Source: Nitrospirota bacterium
GTDB lineage: Bacteria; Nitrospirota; UBA9217
Assembly: GCA_963740085.1 (NCBI GenBank)
Contig: CAVUCU010000004.1
Coordinates: 192,001 to 256,000, forward strand
Direction of reading: 5' to 3'
Length of the DNA stretch: 64,000 bases
Both the position numbers and the translations under genes were made by a program. Below, piece by piece: positions 19,900 to 28,775 of the stretch; position 1 is the stretch's first letter; each line of letters opens with the position of its first letter. The notes under the pieces were generated by a model. The model made no database searches and had not been told where the DNA came from. It saw only the letters and a program-made list of their open reading frames with translations.

Positions 19900-19994
19900 C
19901 GCATTACGTCGGGATGAGTGAGAGTCGAGAGGAGTAAGGAGTGAAGTGCTTTTTCTGAACCCTGAATCCTGCCCCCTGTTATTAAAGGAGAACC

Positions 19995-20372
19995 ATGTTC
20001 AGATTGATGCTTCGTTCAAAGATTCACCGCGCAACCGTGACGGACGCGAACCTTGAGTACGAAGGCAGCCTGACCGTCGACCCCATCCTTCTCGAGGCTG
20101 CCGACATGCTTCCCTACGAGCAGGTGCGGGTTTCGAACCTCAATAACGGAGAACGCTTCGAGACGTACCTTATCCCGGGCAAGCGTGGTTCGGGAGATAT
20201 GTGCCTGAACGGGCCGACGGCACGGAAAGGCGCGAAAGGAGACAAGATCATCGTCTTCTGTTACGAATATTATAATGAGCAGGAGCTCAAGGCCTTCAAA
20301 CCGAATATTGTGTCGGTGGATGAACGGAACAACATCGTTTCCGTCGGCCATACCATTAAGGCCAAGGAGTAA
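19995..20372 (+). CDS. panD: Aspartate 1-decarboxylase
   Basis: [13 protein letters not shown] autocleavage site, [11 protein letters not shown]. Confidence 0.95.
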   Translation: MFRLMLRSKIHRATVTDANLEYEGSLTVDPILLEAADMLPYEQVRVSNLNNGERFETYLIPGKRGSGDMCLNGPTARKGAKGDKIIVFCYEYYNEQELKAFKPNIVSVDERNNIVSVGHTIKAKE

Positions 20373-20374
20373 GC

Positions 20375-21835
20375 ATGGAGTTATACGACCTCACCATTCA
20401 TGAACTGCAGGACATGCTGAAGAAGGGCGAGACCACCGCCAGTACCGTGACCGAGTCCGTTCTGGACAGGATACGGTCCGTCGACGACAAGGTCAAGGCA
20501 TACATCTCCGTGACCGGTCGAGCTTTGGCGCTGGCCGAGGCCGCTGAGGCCGACACCCGGAGAAAATCCGGGAACACCGCAGCGCTCCTCGGCATTCCCC
20601 TCGCGATCAAAGACAACATGTGCACCGAGGGGATCAAGACGACCTGCGCTTCGAAAATTCTTGCTAATTTCATACCGCCCTATGACGCAACCGTGGTCCG
20701 AAAGCTGAAGCAAGCCGGGTCCCTGATCTGCGGCAAACCGAACATGGATGAATTTGCAATGGGATCTTCGACCGAGAACTCGGGCTTTTTCGTTACCAGG
20801 AATCCCTGGAATCTCGAACATATTCCCGGAGGTTCGAGTGGAGGATCTGCCGCCGCCGTGGCGGCGGGCGAGTGTATCGCGGCGCTCGGTTCGGACACGG
20901 GCGGGTCAATCCGACAGCCGGCCGCGTGCTGCGGGGTCGTGGGACTCAAACCGACCTACGGGCGGGTGTCCCGGTACGGTCTCGTGGCATTCGCGTCATC
21001 GCTCGACCAGATCGGCCCTATCGCCAAAGACGTGACGGATGCGGCGATCCTCATGAACATCATCGCCGGGCATGATCCCCGGGATTCCACCTCCGCGAAC
21101 ATCGCGGTGCCGGATTTTACCCTGGCGCTCAAAAGGGACGTCACGGGGATGAAGGTCGGCATTCCGAGGGAATATTTCATCGAGGGCATGGACCCCGAGG
21201 TGGACCAGGCAGTGCGGGACGCGGTAAAGACGTTGGAAGGACTCGGCGCTACGGTCAAGGAAGTCACGCTTCCGCATACCGCTTATGCCGTGGCGACCTA
21301 CTATATCCTCGCGACATCCGAGGCAAGCTCGAACCTCGCACGCTACGACGGCGTGAAATACGGGGTCCGCGCTGAAGGCGCAAAGGACCTTCTCGATATG
21401 TATATGAAGTCGCGCAGCCAGGGATTCGGACCGGAGGTCAAGCGCAGGATCATGCTCGGGACCTACGCGCTTTCAGCCGGATATTACGACGCCTACTATA
21501 AAAAAGGCCAGCAGGCGAGGACGCTCATCAAACGCGATTTCGACGAGGCATTCAAGTCCGTGGACATCATTGCCACGCCCACTGCGCCGACCGCGGCGTT
21601 CAAGATCGGCGAGAAGTCGGCTGATCCTCTCCAGATGTACCTGTCGGACATCTTCACGATCAGCGTGAATCTGGCGGGCATCCCGGGGATCTCGATACCC
21701 TGCGGGTTCACGAAGAACAATCTCCCCGTCGGGCTTCAGCTGCTGGGACGGCATTTTGATGAGGAGTCTGTCCTGCATGCGTCATTCGCGTATGAACAGG
21801 CGACGGAGTGGCACATGCGAAGGGCGAAGCTTTGA
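20375..21835 (+). CDS. gatA: Asp/Glu-tRNA amidotransferase subunit A
   Basis: Amidase signature [27 protein letters not shown]. Confidence 0.96.
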   Translation: MELYDLTIHELQDMLKKGETTASTVTESVLDRIRSVDDKVKAYISVTGRALALAEAAEADTRRKSGNTAALLGIPLAIKDNMCTEGIKTTCASKILANFIPPYDATVVRKLKQAGSLICGKPNMDEFAMGSSTENSGFFVTRNPWNLEHIPGGSSGGSAAAVAAGECIAALGSDTGGSIRQPAACCGVVGLKPTYGRVSRYGLVAFASSLDQIGPIAKDVTDAAILMNIIAGHDPRDSTSANIAVPDFTLALKRDVTGMKVGIPREYFIEGMDPEVDQAVRDAVKTLEGLGATVKEVTLPHTAYAVATYYILATSEASSNLARYDGVKYGVRAEGAKDLLDMYMKSRSQGFGPEVKRRIMLGTYALSAGYYDAYYKKGQQARTLIKRDFDEAFKSVDIIATPTAPTAAFKIGEKSADPLQMYLSDIFTISVNLAGIPGISIPCGFTKNNLPVGLQLLGRHFDEESVLHASFAYEQATEWHMRRAKL

Positions 21836-21840
21836 TTTTT

Positions 21841-21935
21841 ACCACAGAGACACTGAGGACACGGAGAAATACAGAGGAGCAGCAGGTGGGAATATCAAAG
21901 GATGTTTTTGCTCCGTGTCTCTGTGCCTCCGTGGT
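21841..21935. repeat. 9-mer-periodic inverted-repeat hairpin
   Basis: ACCACAGAG-ACACTGAGG-ACACGGAG ... CTCCGTGT-CTCTGTGC-CTCCGTGGT. Confidence 0.7.
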
Positions 21936-21959
21936 GGAATTTTCTGAAAGGATGTTGCA

Positions 21960-23396
21960 ATGAAATACGAGTCGGTCATCGGTCTGGAAGTGCATGCACA
22001 GCTCCAGACCAATACGAAAATATTCTGCGGATGCGAGACAAAATTCGGCGAGGAGGCGAACACGAGGACGTGCCCGGTCTGCATCGGCATGCCCGGGGTG
22101 TTGCCGGTATTGAACGGGAAGGCCGTGGAATACGCGGTCAAGACGGGTCTTGCCACTCACAGCACCATCAGCACGTTCAGCCGGTTCGCGCGAAAGAACT
22201 ATTTCTACCCCGACCTCCCCAAGGGCTACCAGATATCCCAGTACGAATTGCCGATCTGTGAGCATGGGTATGTCGAGATCGTCGTCGATGGAGCGGTCAA
22301 GCGCATCGGGCTTACGCGCATCCATCTCGAAGAGGATGCCGGGAAGAACCTTCATCAGGCCGAGAGCGGGGCGAGTCTTGTGGACCTGAACCGCGCGGGC
22401 ACGCCGCTGATGGAGATCGTGTCCGAACCGGATATCCGGACGCCGGAAGAAGCGTCCGAATATCTTCAGAAACTCCGCGCGATCCTGCGTTACATCGAGG
22501 TCTCGGACGCCGACATGGAGAAGGGGAACTTCCGGTGCGATGCCAACGTCTCGATCCGTCCGGTCGGCGCAAAGGAATTCGGAACCCGGGCGGAGATCAA
22601 GAACGTAAACTCCTTCAAGTTCGTGCAGAAGGCGATCGAATACGAGATCAAACGGCAGGCACAGATCCTTGATGAAGGGGGCAGGGTGGTGCAGGAGACC
22701 CGGCTCTTCGACTCGAACAAGGGGGTCACCTTCTCGATGCGAAGCAAGGAGGAGGCGCACGATTATCGCTATTTCCCGGAGCCCGATCTCGTGCCGGTTG
22801 TCGTTTCCCGGGCCGCGATCGAAGAGATCCGCAAGACGATACCGGAACTGCCTGATGCGCGTCGCGGGCGGTTTGTCAAAGAATATCATTTGCCGGAGTA
22901 TGATGCGGACATGCTGACCCAGTCACGCGCAATGGCCGGCTATTTTGAAGATACGGTAAAAATCACCGGCGGGAATCACGCAAAAGAAGTATCTAATTGG
23001 ATATTGGGTGAGCATTTAAGATTGCTCAATATGGACAATAGAGATATCAGTAATTCTCCCGTGACGCCTTCCATGAGCGCAGGCGTCATCGATCTAATAA
23101 TAAAGGGAACGATAAGCAATAAGATAGCCAAGACTGTTTTCGAGGAGATGTACAAGAGTGGTAAGGATGCCTGGTCGGTCGTGCAGGAGAAAGGTCTCCT
23201 CCAGGTGTCCGACACCGGTGCCATCGATACGATCATCGATGAGGTGATCAAAGCGAACCCCGCGCAGTACGCCGACTACAAGGCAGGCAAGGATAAGCTT
23301 TTCACTTTTTTCGTGGGGCAGGTGATGAAGGCCAGCAAGGGCAAGGCTAATCCGGATAAGGTGAATCAGCTGCTCAAAAAGAAACTGAGCGAATGA
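21960..23396 (+). CDS. gatB: Asp/Glu-tRNA amidotransferase subunit B
   Basis: [34 protein letters not shown]. Confidence 0.96.
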   Translation: MKYESVIGLEVHAQLQTNTKIFCGCETKFGEEANTRTCPVCIGMPGVLPVLNGKAVEYAVKTGLATHSTISTFSRFARKNYFYPDLPKGYQISQYELPICEHGYVEIVVDGAVKRIGLTRIHLEEDAGKNLHQAESGASLVDLNRAGTPLMEIVSEPDIRTPEEASEYLQKLRAILRYIEVSDADMEKGNFRCDANVSIRPVGAKEFGTRAEIKNVNSFKFVQKAIEYEIKRQAQILDEGGRVVQETRLFDSNKGVTFSMRSKEEAHDYRYFPEPDLVPVVVSRAAIEEIRKTIPELPDARRGRFVKEYHLPEYDADMLTQSRAMAGYFEDTVKITGGNHAKEVSNWILGEHLRLLNMDNRDISNSPVTPSMSAGVIDLIIKGTISNKIAKTVFEEMYKSGKDAWSVVQEKGLLQVSDTGAIDTIIDEVIKANPAQYADYKAGKDKLFTFFVGQVMKASKGKANPDKVNQLLKKKLSE

Positions 23397-23447
23397 AGGG
23401 TTCCAAAAGAGTGAATCCAAAATAAAAATTTACAGGGGGATTTTGAG

Positions 23448-24140
23448 ATGCTTGAATCAATTCACAAACACATGAGCTGGATAATGTGGGCCATCGTGGT
23501 CCTGATCACCGTGACCTTTCTTTTCTTCGGGATCTATCCATCTGATATCGGCGGCAGGTCGGTAGCAAAGGTCGACGGGGACGTGATCACTGCCGATGAA
23601 CTCAACAGGGTATATCAGACCATGTATGATAATTATAAGCAGCTGCTCAAGGACCAGTTCAACGCGTCATTTGCCAAAACCCTGAAGTCGCAGGCCCTGC
23701 AGGAACTGATCGGGGGAAAACTGCTTGTTCAGGAGGCCGAACGCATCGGTCTGCGGGTCAGCGATCAGGAGCTTCAGAACGCGATCATGAAGACGCCTTC
23801 CTTTATCAGGGACGGCAGGTTCGATAAGAAAATCTATGAACGCATCCTCGATCAGATCAATATGAAGCCGGCCGCTTTTGAGGCAAGCCAGCGGGAGTTC
23901 CTGCTCAGGCAGAAACTGGAGCGGCTCGTGAGAGACAGTGTCATGGTAACTGACGCTGAACTGGCCGCTGCCTATCGGCAGAAATATCCCAAGGCAAAGC
24001 CCGGCGATTTCGAGAAGAACAGGGAAACATTCAAAGAGACGCTCCTTGCGGAAAAGCAGAGAGACGAGATGACTGCGTATCTGAGGGGGATCCAGAGCAG
24101 GACGCCGATCAAGATCTACGATAAAGCTGCTTCATTATAA
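23448..24140 (+). CDS. SurA N-terminal-domain chaperone (PpiD-like, no PPIase domain)
   Basis: TM, VAKVDG..I, GLRVSDQEL...F..DGRFD. Confidence 0.8.
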   Translation: MLESIHKHMSWIMWAIVVLITVTFLFFGIYPSDIGGRSVAKVDGDVITADELNRVYQTMYDNYKQLLKDQFNASFAKTLKSQALQELIGGKLLVQEAERIGLRVSDQELQNAIMKTPSFIRDGRFDKKIYERILDQINMKPAAFEASQREFLLRQKLERLVRDSVMVTDAELAAAYRQKYPKAKPGDFEKNRETFKETLLAEKQRDEMTAYLRGIQSRTPIKIYDKAASL

Positions 24141-24243
24141 GGTGCGGCATTTGAGGGGGCCGGAGGGTTGGATGGCCGGGGGGCGTGAACGCCTTCTCAG
24201 CGTCTGACCCTCCCTTCCGCAGACATTTAAATCATCTCCCCGC

Positions 24244-24972
24244 TCAAATATTCGAATTCCATTCCAGGTCTCCTGTCACTTCCCATTGAATGAAATTTCT
24301 GATCTTCAGCAGGGCGTCTTCCCGGATGTCGACAAAACGAAGACCCATGCCCGGTTCACACTCGAACTGGGTGCCGAGCGGCAGGGCGCGGACCACTTTC
24401 GCAGAGAGTTCTATCGTCTCGGTATCATGGGGGAGCGTAAACTTGATATGAATGAGCGAGTCTTCCGGCAGCGGTTGCAGAGTACGAAGATACATCCCGC
24501 TTTCCGACAGATTCACACTGGCCAGCACATTTTCCGGCGTTCCTTCCGTTATTTCCACGTGTACGCGCATCTTGACGGTGACGCGCGGTGTCGTCCTCGG
24601 CTGTCCGCTGAGACGCGCCATCACCCCGTACATGATCGCCAGGTCCAGTGGTTTCGTCAGTACGGCCGAGCAGCCCCTGTCCAGCAGCTTCTGGTTGATC
24701 CCTGGATCATCATCGGTTATAAAAACGACCAGAGGCAGGTCTTTCAGTTCAGGGTCGGACCTGAGCAGGGTGATGGCGGTATATAATTCAGGTTCCGCCA
24801 CGTCTCCGTCAAAAAGGATCAGATCGAAGGGCTCCTTCCGGGCAATGCGGATCCCTTCATCCGGGGTCGCGGCAAGGACGGGGGAGAACCAGATACGGTT
24901 CATGAGAATGCCCAAATACATCTGACCTGCGGCAGTATGGCAGATTATGAGGACCTGTTTTTTTTCAGACAT
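24244..24972 (-). CDS. Receiver-like + PilZ domain protein
   Basis: DLILFD...KP receiver fold; PilZ RTTPR and NLSESG, GMGLRF. Confidence 0.85.
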   Translation of the reverse strand: MSEKKQVLIICHTAAGQMYLGILMNRIWFSPVLAATPDEGIRIARKEPFDLILFDGDVAEPELYTAITLLRSDPELKDLPLVVFITDDDPGINQKLLDRGCSAVLTKPLDLAIMYGVMARLSGQPRTTPRVTVKMRVHVEITEGTPENVLASVNLSESGMYLRTLQPLPEDSLIHIKFTLPHDTETIELSAKVVRALPLGTQFECEPGMGLRFVDIREDALLKIRNFIQWEVTGDLEWNSNI

Positions 24973-25033
24973 GAACTGCTCCCTTCGGCGCATGGGTAAT
25001 CAGCCTAGATTAAACCATGGATGGGTACTGATG

Positions 25034-26428
25034 TCAACCTTTCAAATCGGCAAGTTCCGCTAAAAGCAGGATAAGACTGCGGCAGCCTTTTTCCCAATCA
25101 GAGATCAGCAGGCTTTCGTTTTCCGAATGGGCAGCGGAGCCGGGATCGCCGACCCCGAAGAGCAGGGCAGGCGCGCCGCCGAGCGCATCGGTGATGGTCC
25201 GGACAAACGGGATCGATCCGCCGGCGCCAACCACCGCGGGCGTTTCTCCATAGCCTTTTTCGAGTGCCCTCCGCGCTGCTATAAATGCGGGACCGGTCGT
25301 ATCTGTTCTCCACCACCGGGAGGGCGTCTCGGGCTCGATCGTGACGTGTACACCCCAGGGCGCTTGTTTCAGCAGATGTTCTTTGAGCAGTCCCAGTGTT
25401 TCGTCGGGGTCCATATCGGGAACCGTGCGGATGCCGACACGCGCCCAGGCCGCGTCGTTGATGATGTTTGCCGCCTGTTTGCGGCTGCTGGCTTCGATCG
25501 CATTGACGGAGATGGACGGTTGATGCCACATTTTATCATATACCGATCGTTCGTTGCCGATGATCCGCACACCTTCAAGGAGCTTCGCCTGTTCCCGGTA
25601 TGTTGATTCCGCAAAGGGAAGGTTGTTCAGGTCCGCTTGTTCCTGCGGAGACCGGGCGCGCACCTTGTCTACTATCCCGGCGATTGCGGGTTTCCCCTGG
25701 TCGTCCACGAGGGACGCAAGCATTTTTGAGAGGGCGAGCACCGGATCGGGCAGCGGGCCGCCCCAGGTGCCTGAATGGACGCTTGATAAAAGCGAGCGAA
25801 CCTCCACGTTCACGGTCACGATGCCCCGGAGCGACGCGGTGAGTGAAGGAATGCCGCTGTCGAAATTCTCGCTGTCGGCGATCAGGACCACATCTGCGGA
25901 CAAAAGCCCCCGGTGTCTCTCAATCAGCTTGTTCAGATTCGTTGACCCCACCTCTTCTTCTCCTTCGATCAGGACCTTGACGTTGATCGGCAGGCTGTTG
26001 CCAGCAGCGAGGCTGGACGCTATTGCAGCGGCGTACATCACCACGCCCCCTTTGTCGTCTGATACACCCCGACCATAGAGCCTTCCCTCCCGCTCCGATG
26101 GTTCGAAGGGCGGTGTGGTCCAGAGTTTTTCACGGCCGACGGGCTGGACGTCGTAGTGGGCGTACAGGAGGATGGTGGGTTTGCCCGGGGCGCCGATCCA
26201 TTGACCGAACACGGCGGGAGAACCGGCGCCCGAATCGAGGATGCGCACGTCCGCAAGGCCGCATTTCATCAGGAGCGCCCTGACAACCTCGGAGCAGCGC
26301 TTCAGCGGCGCCGGGTCGAATCCGGGGAAACTGATGCTGGGAATGCGAACGAGGTCTTTGAGGTCGTTCAGATGTTCCGGGGCATGAACCTTAAAATGTT
26401 CCAGTGCAGCTGCAGGGAAATTATCCAT
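25034..26428 (-). CDS. M20 family metallo-dipeptidase
   Basis: YAHYDVQP, GRGVSDDKG, EGEEEVGS, AHSENE; start uncertain. Confidence 0.9.
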   Translation of the reverse strand: MDNFPAAALEHFKVHAPEHLNDLKDLVRIPSISFPGFDPAPLKRCSEVVRALLMKCGLADVRILDSGAGSPAVFGQWIGAPGKPTILLYAHYDVQPVGREKLWTTPPFEPSEREGRLYGRGVSDDKGGVVMYAAAIASSLAAGNSLPINVKVLIEGEEEVGSTNLNKLIERHRGLLSADVVLIADSENFDSGIPSLTASLRGIVTVNVEVRSLLSSVHSGTWGGPLPDPVLALSKMLASLVDDQGKPAIAGIVDKVRARSPQEQADLNNLPFAESTYREQAKLLEGVRIIGNERSVYDKMWHQPSISVNAIEASSRKQAANIINDAAWARVGIRTVPDMDPDETLGLLKEHLLKQAPWGVHVTIEPETPSRWWRTDTTGPAFIAARRALEKGYGETPAVVGAGGSIPFVRTITDALGGAPALLFGVGDPGSAAHSENESLLISDWEKGCRSLILLLAELADLKG

Positions 26429-26636
26429 ATCCAGAGCAACCCTTCGTAAGCAAACTGACGCCGTGATCATGAGTTTCCGAACACGCCAACGATGACATTA
26501 TACCGGACAGGAATGTGTTGTCAACGGATGTTTGAACCCGGCATGCCGGATGTCTGATAAACGATGCGTTGACGAAATCGGAAAATCACGCTATACTCAG
26601 CGGCAATCGGTCATCAGGAAGCGGAGGGGTCATCGC

Positions 26637-26903
26637 ATGGAACGGAAGGCGCCGAATTCTTCCCGGGGTTATCAAAAGAAGATCCACAAAAACATCCGGC
26701 TGCCGTTCCCCTCTGAAAAAAAAGCTCACGATTATTCATCAGCGATCGCAAAGAAGATACCTCTTGTCATGGACGCGTTATCGAGAGCAGACAGCGGCGT
26801 TGTGCAGAAGTTCATCGAAGACAAGAGGCGGGGAAAAATCGTTTCGCTCTTGTTGTGCAGGACAAGTCGGTCACCATTCTTCCGTAAAATGCATCGTGAT
26901 TGA
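26637..26903 (+). CDS. Possible small hypothetical protein
   Basis: GGAGGGG RBS before ATG; no recognised motif. Confidence 0.25.
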   Translation: MERKAPNSSRGYQKKIHKNIRLPFPSEKKAHDYSSAIAKKIPLVMDALSRADSGVVQKFIEDKRRGKIVSLLLCRTSRSPFFRKMHRD

Positions 26904-27080
26904 TCTATCCTCATTCGGAATTGTGTGTCCTGCATCTATTCAGCAAGCGATGTCGTTTTAGCCGTGTTTTCTACTTTGAACCCCGACCTTTGACCCGTGA
27001 CCCTCTGGAGTTAAATTAAGGTTGCTTCTTCAACGGATTTATGACGGCGTTATCTTGTCAAACGCACTGAAGAGAAAGAG

Positions 27081-27713
27081 TTGCTCATCATGCCTGTTTG
27101 GATCATTACCGTACAGTGGCTTTCCCGCTCTATTCTGGTGCTGCTGTTCATCCTGTCGATGTGGTCCGTGGCAACCATGCTCCGTTGTTCACGCCTGCTG
27201 AAAAAGGCCGGTGGATCGTCCGGGGGAGCAAAGAACGAAATGGAGAAGACATCGCAGTGGATTGAAACACGCCAATGGGCCCCCTTTAAGGAATGGGCGT
27301 CGCAGGGGGACACGCTCCATGCCGGCACCGCGCGCGTGATGTTACAGACGGCCTCGAACGAACCATCCCAGGTCGATCGGGCGGTCAAGAGCTATCTCAG
27401 CCTGGAGCGCAGCCGTCTCGAGGAAGGCCTCACCATCCTGGCGACGCTCGGATCGAACGCTCCCTTTATCGGTCTTTTCGGCACCGTACTTGGTATCATT
27501 CAATCCTTCGGCGCGTTGGGCGCCCACCGGACCGATGCAGCCGACATCATGGTCGGTATCTCGGAGGCCCTGGTAGCGACCGCGCTCGGGCTTTTCGTGG
27601 CCATCCCCGCTGTTGTCGCGTTCAATGTCTTTTCAAGGAGGCTGAAGGGCATCATCGTCAAGGCCGAGGCGCTCAAGGATCTCTATCTTTCCAGGATACA
27701 GGGAGGTCAATGA
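27081..27713 (+). CDS. exbB: MotA/TolQ/ExbB proton channel
   Basis: LATLGSNAPFIGLFGTVLGI and GISEALVATALGL. Confidence 0.9.
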   Translation: MLIMPVWIITVQWLSRSILVLLFILSMWSVATMLRCSRLLKKAGGSSGGAKNEMEKTSQWIETRQWAPFKEWASQGDTLHAGTARVMLQTASNEPSQVDRAVKSYLSLERSRLEEGLTILATLGSNAPFIGLFGTVLGIIQSFGALGAHRTDAADIMVGISEALVATALGLFVAIPAVVAFNVFSRRLKGIIVKAEALKDLYLSRIQGGQ

Positions 27714-28135
27714 TCATGGCATCCGACCTTTATTCATCGAACACAGAGGACGACAACGCGCCGATATCGTCCATCAACGTAACGCCATTTGTCGATGTCG
27801 TCCTGGTGCTGCTTGTCATCTTCATGGTTACGGCGCCTTTATTGATGCAGGACAGCATCGGCATCCATCTTCCCAAGGCGTCAAGTGCGGACAAGAAACT
27901 TACTTCAAAGATGGGGGTAGCGGTCACCAGGCAGGGACAGATCCTGCTGAACGGCGTACTTGCTTCTCCGGAAGCGATCTCCGCTCGCGTCAAAGAGGCA
28001 CTGGCAAAGGACCCCGAGACCCAGGCGCTTATCAGCGCGGACGGGGATGCACGACATGCCGATGTCGTTCGCGCGATCGATCTTATCAAATCAGCGGGGA
28101 TGAACCGTTTTGCAATCCAGATCGAAAAACAATAG
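27710..28135 (+). CDS. exbD: ExbD/TolR protein
   Basis: INVTPFVDVVLVLLVIFMVTAP; ATGA overlap with exbB. Confidence 0.9.
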   Translation: MIMASDLYSSNTEDDNAPISSINVTPFVDVVLVLLVIFMVTAPLLMQDSIGIHLPKASSADKKLTSKMGVAVTRQGQILLNGVLASPEAISARVKEALAKDPETQALISADGDARHADVVRAIDLIKSAGMNRFAIQIEKQ

Positions 28136-28760
28136 CTCATTTACTCTTGATGACCCGTGGATCGTATCTTCGGCCCTCCACGGGATTGTACTCATCTCGA
28201 TCGCTGCGGTGATTCTTCTCGGACATCATCGGAAGCCGGTCGAAGTGGATATCCAGATACTGGAGACGCCGAAGGTCGCCCAGATGCCGATCCGCGTGAT
28301 TGAGCCGAAGGTCCAGCCGCAAAAAACACAGGGCCGTGAAGTGTTCGGCATCAGCCCCAGGTCGGTGACGTCTGAGGAGCAGGGGGAAGACGTAAAAGTC
28401 GGGAACACCGTTGCCAAGGCCCCTGATCAGGAACAATTGAAACCCGGTGATTCTGACCTGCTTCCCGTTCCCTCGGAAGAGTATCTGGTCACGAGCATGC
28501 CGGAGTTGAAGTCCGACGTTCGGGTTCCCTATCCTCCTGAAGCTCGAAAGCGGGGGGTCCAGGGCGCCGTGATCATGAACCTGCTGATCGATGATACGGG
28601 AAAAGTCCGTGAAGTCTCTCTGATCGAGGGCCCCGATGCGGAACTGAACGCGGCAGCAATGACAGCGGCCCGGGGTTTTCAATTCACCCCTGCAATGATC
28701 CAGAAAAAACCGGTGGCCGTGCGCATTCGCTACATCTATAGATTTGTTTTGGAACGTTAA
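28110..28760 (+). CDS. tonB: TonB energy transducer (start uncertain)
   Basis: TM with S..LH, YPPEARKRGVQG, FTPA...PV C-domain. Confidence 0.85.
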   Translation: MQSRSKNNSSFTLDDPWIVSSALHGIVLISIAAVILLGHHRKPVEVDIQILETPKVAQMPIRVIEPKVQPQKTQGREVFGISPRSVTSEEQGEDVKVGNTVAKAPDQEQLKPGDSDLLPVPSEEYLVTSMPELKSDVRVPYPPEARKRGVQGAVIMNLLIDDTGKVREVSLIEGPDAELNAAAMTAARGFQFTPAMIQKKPVAVRIRYIYRFVLER

Positions 28761-28775
28761 CTGGAGCATACACCC

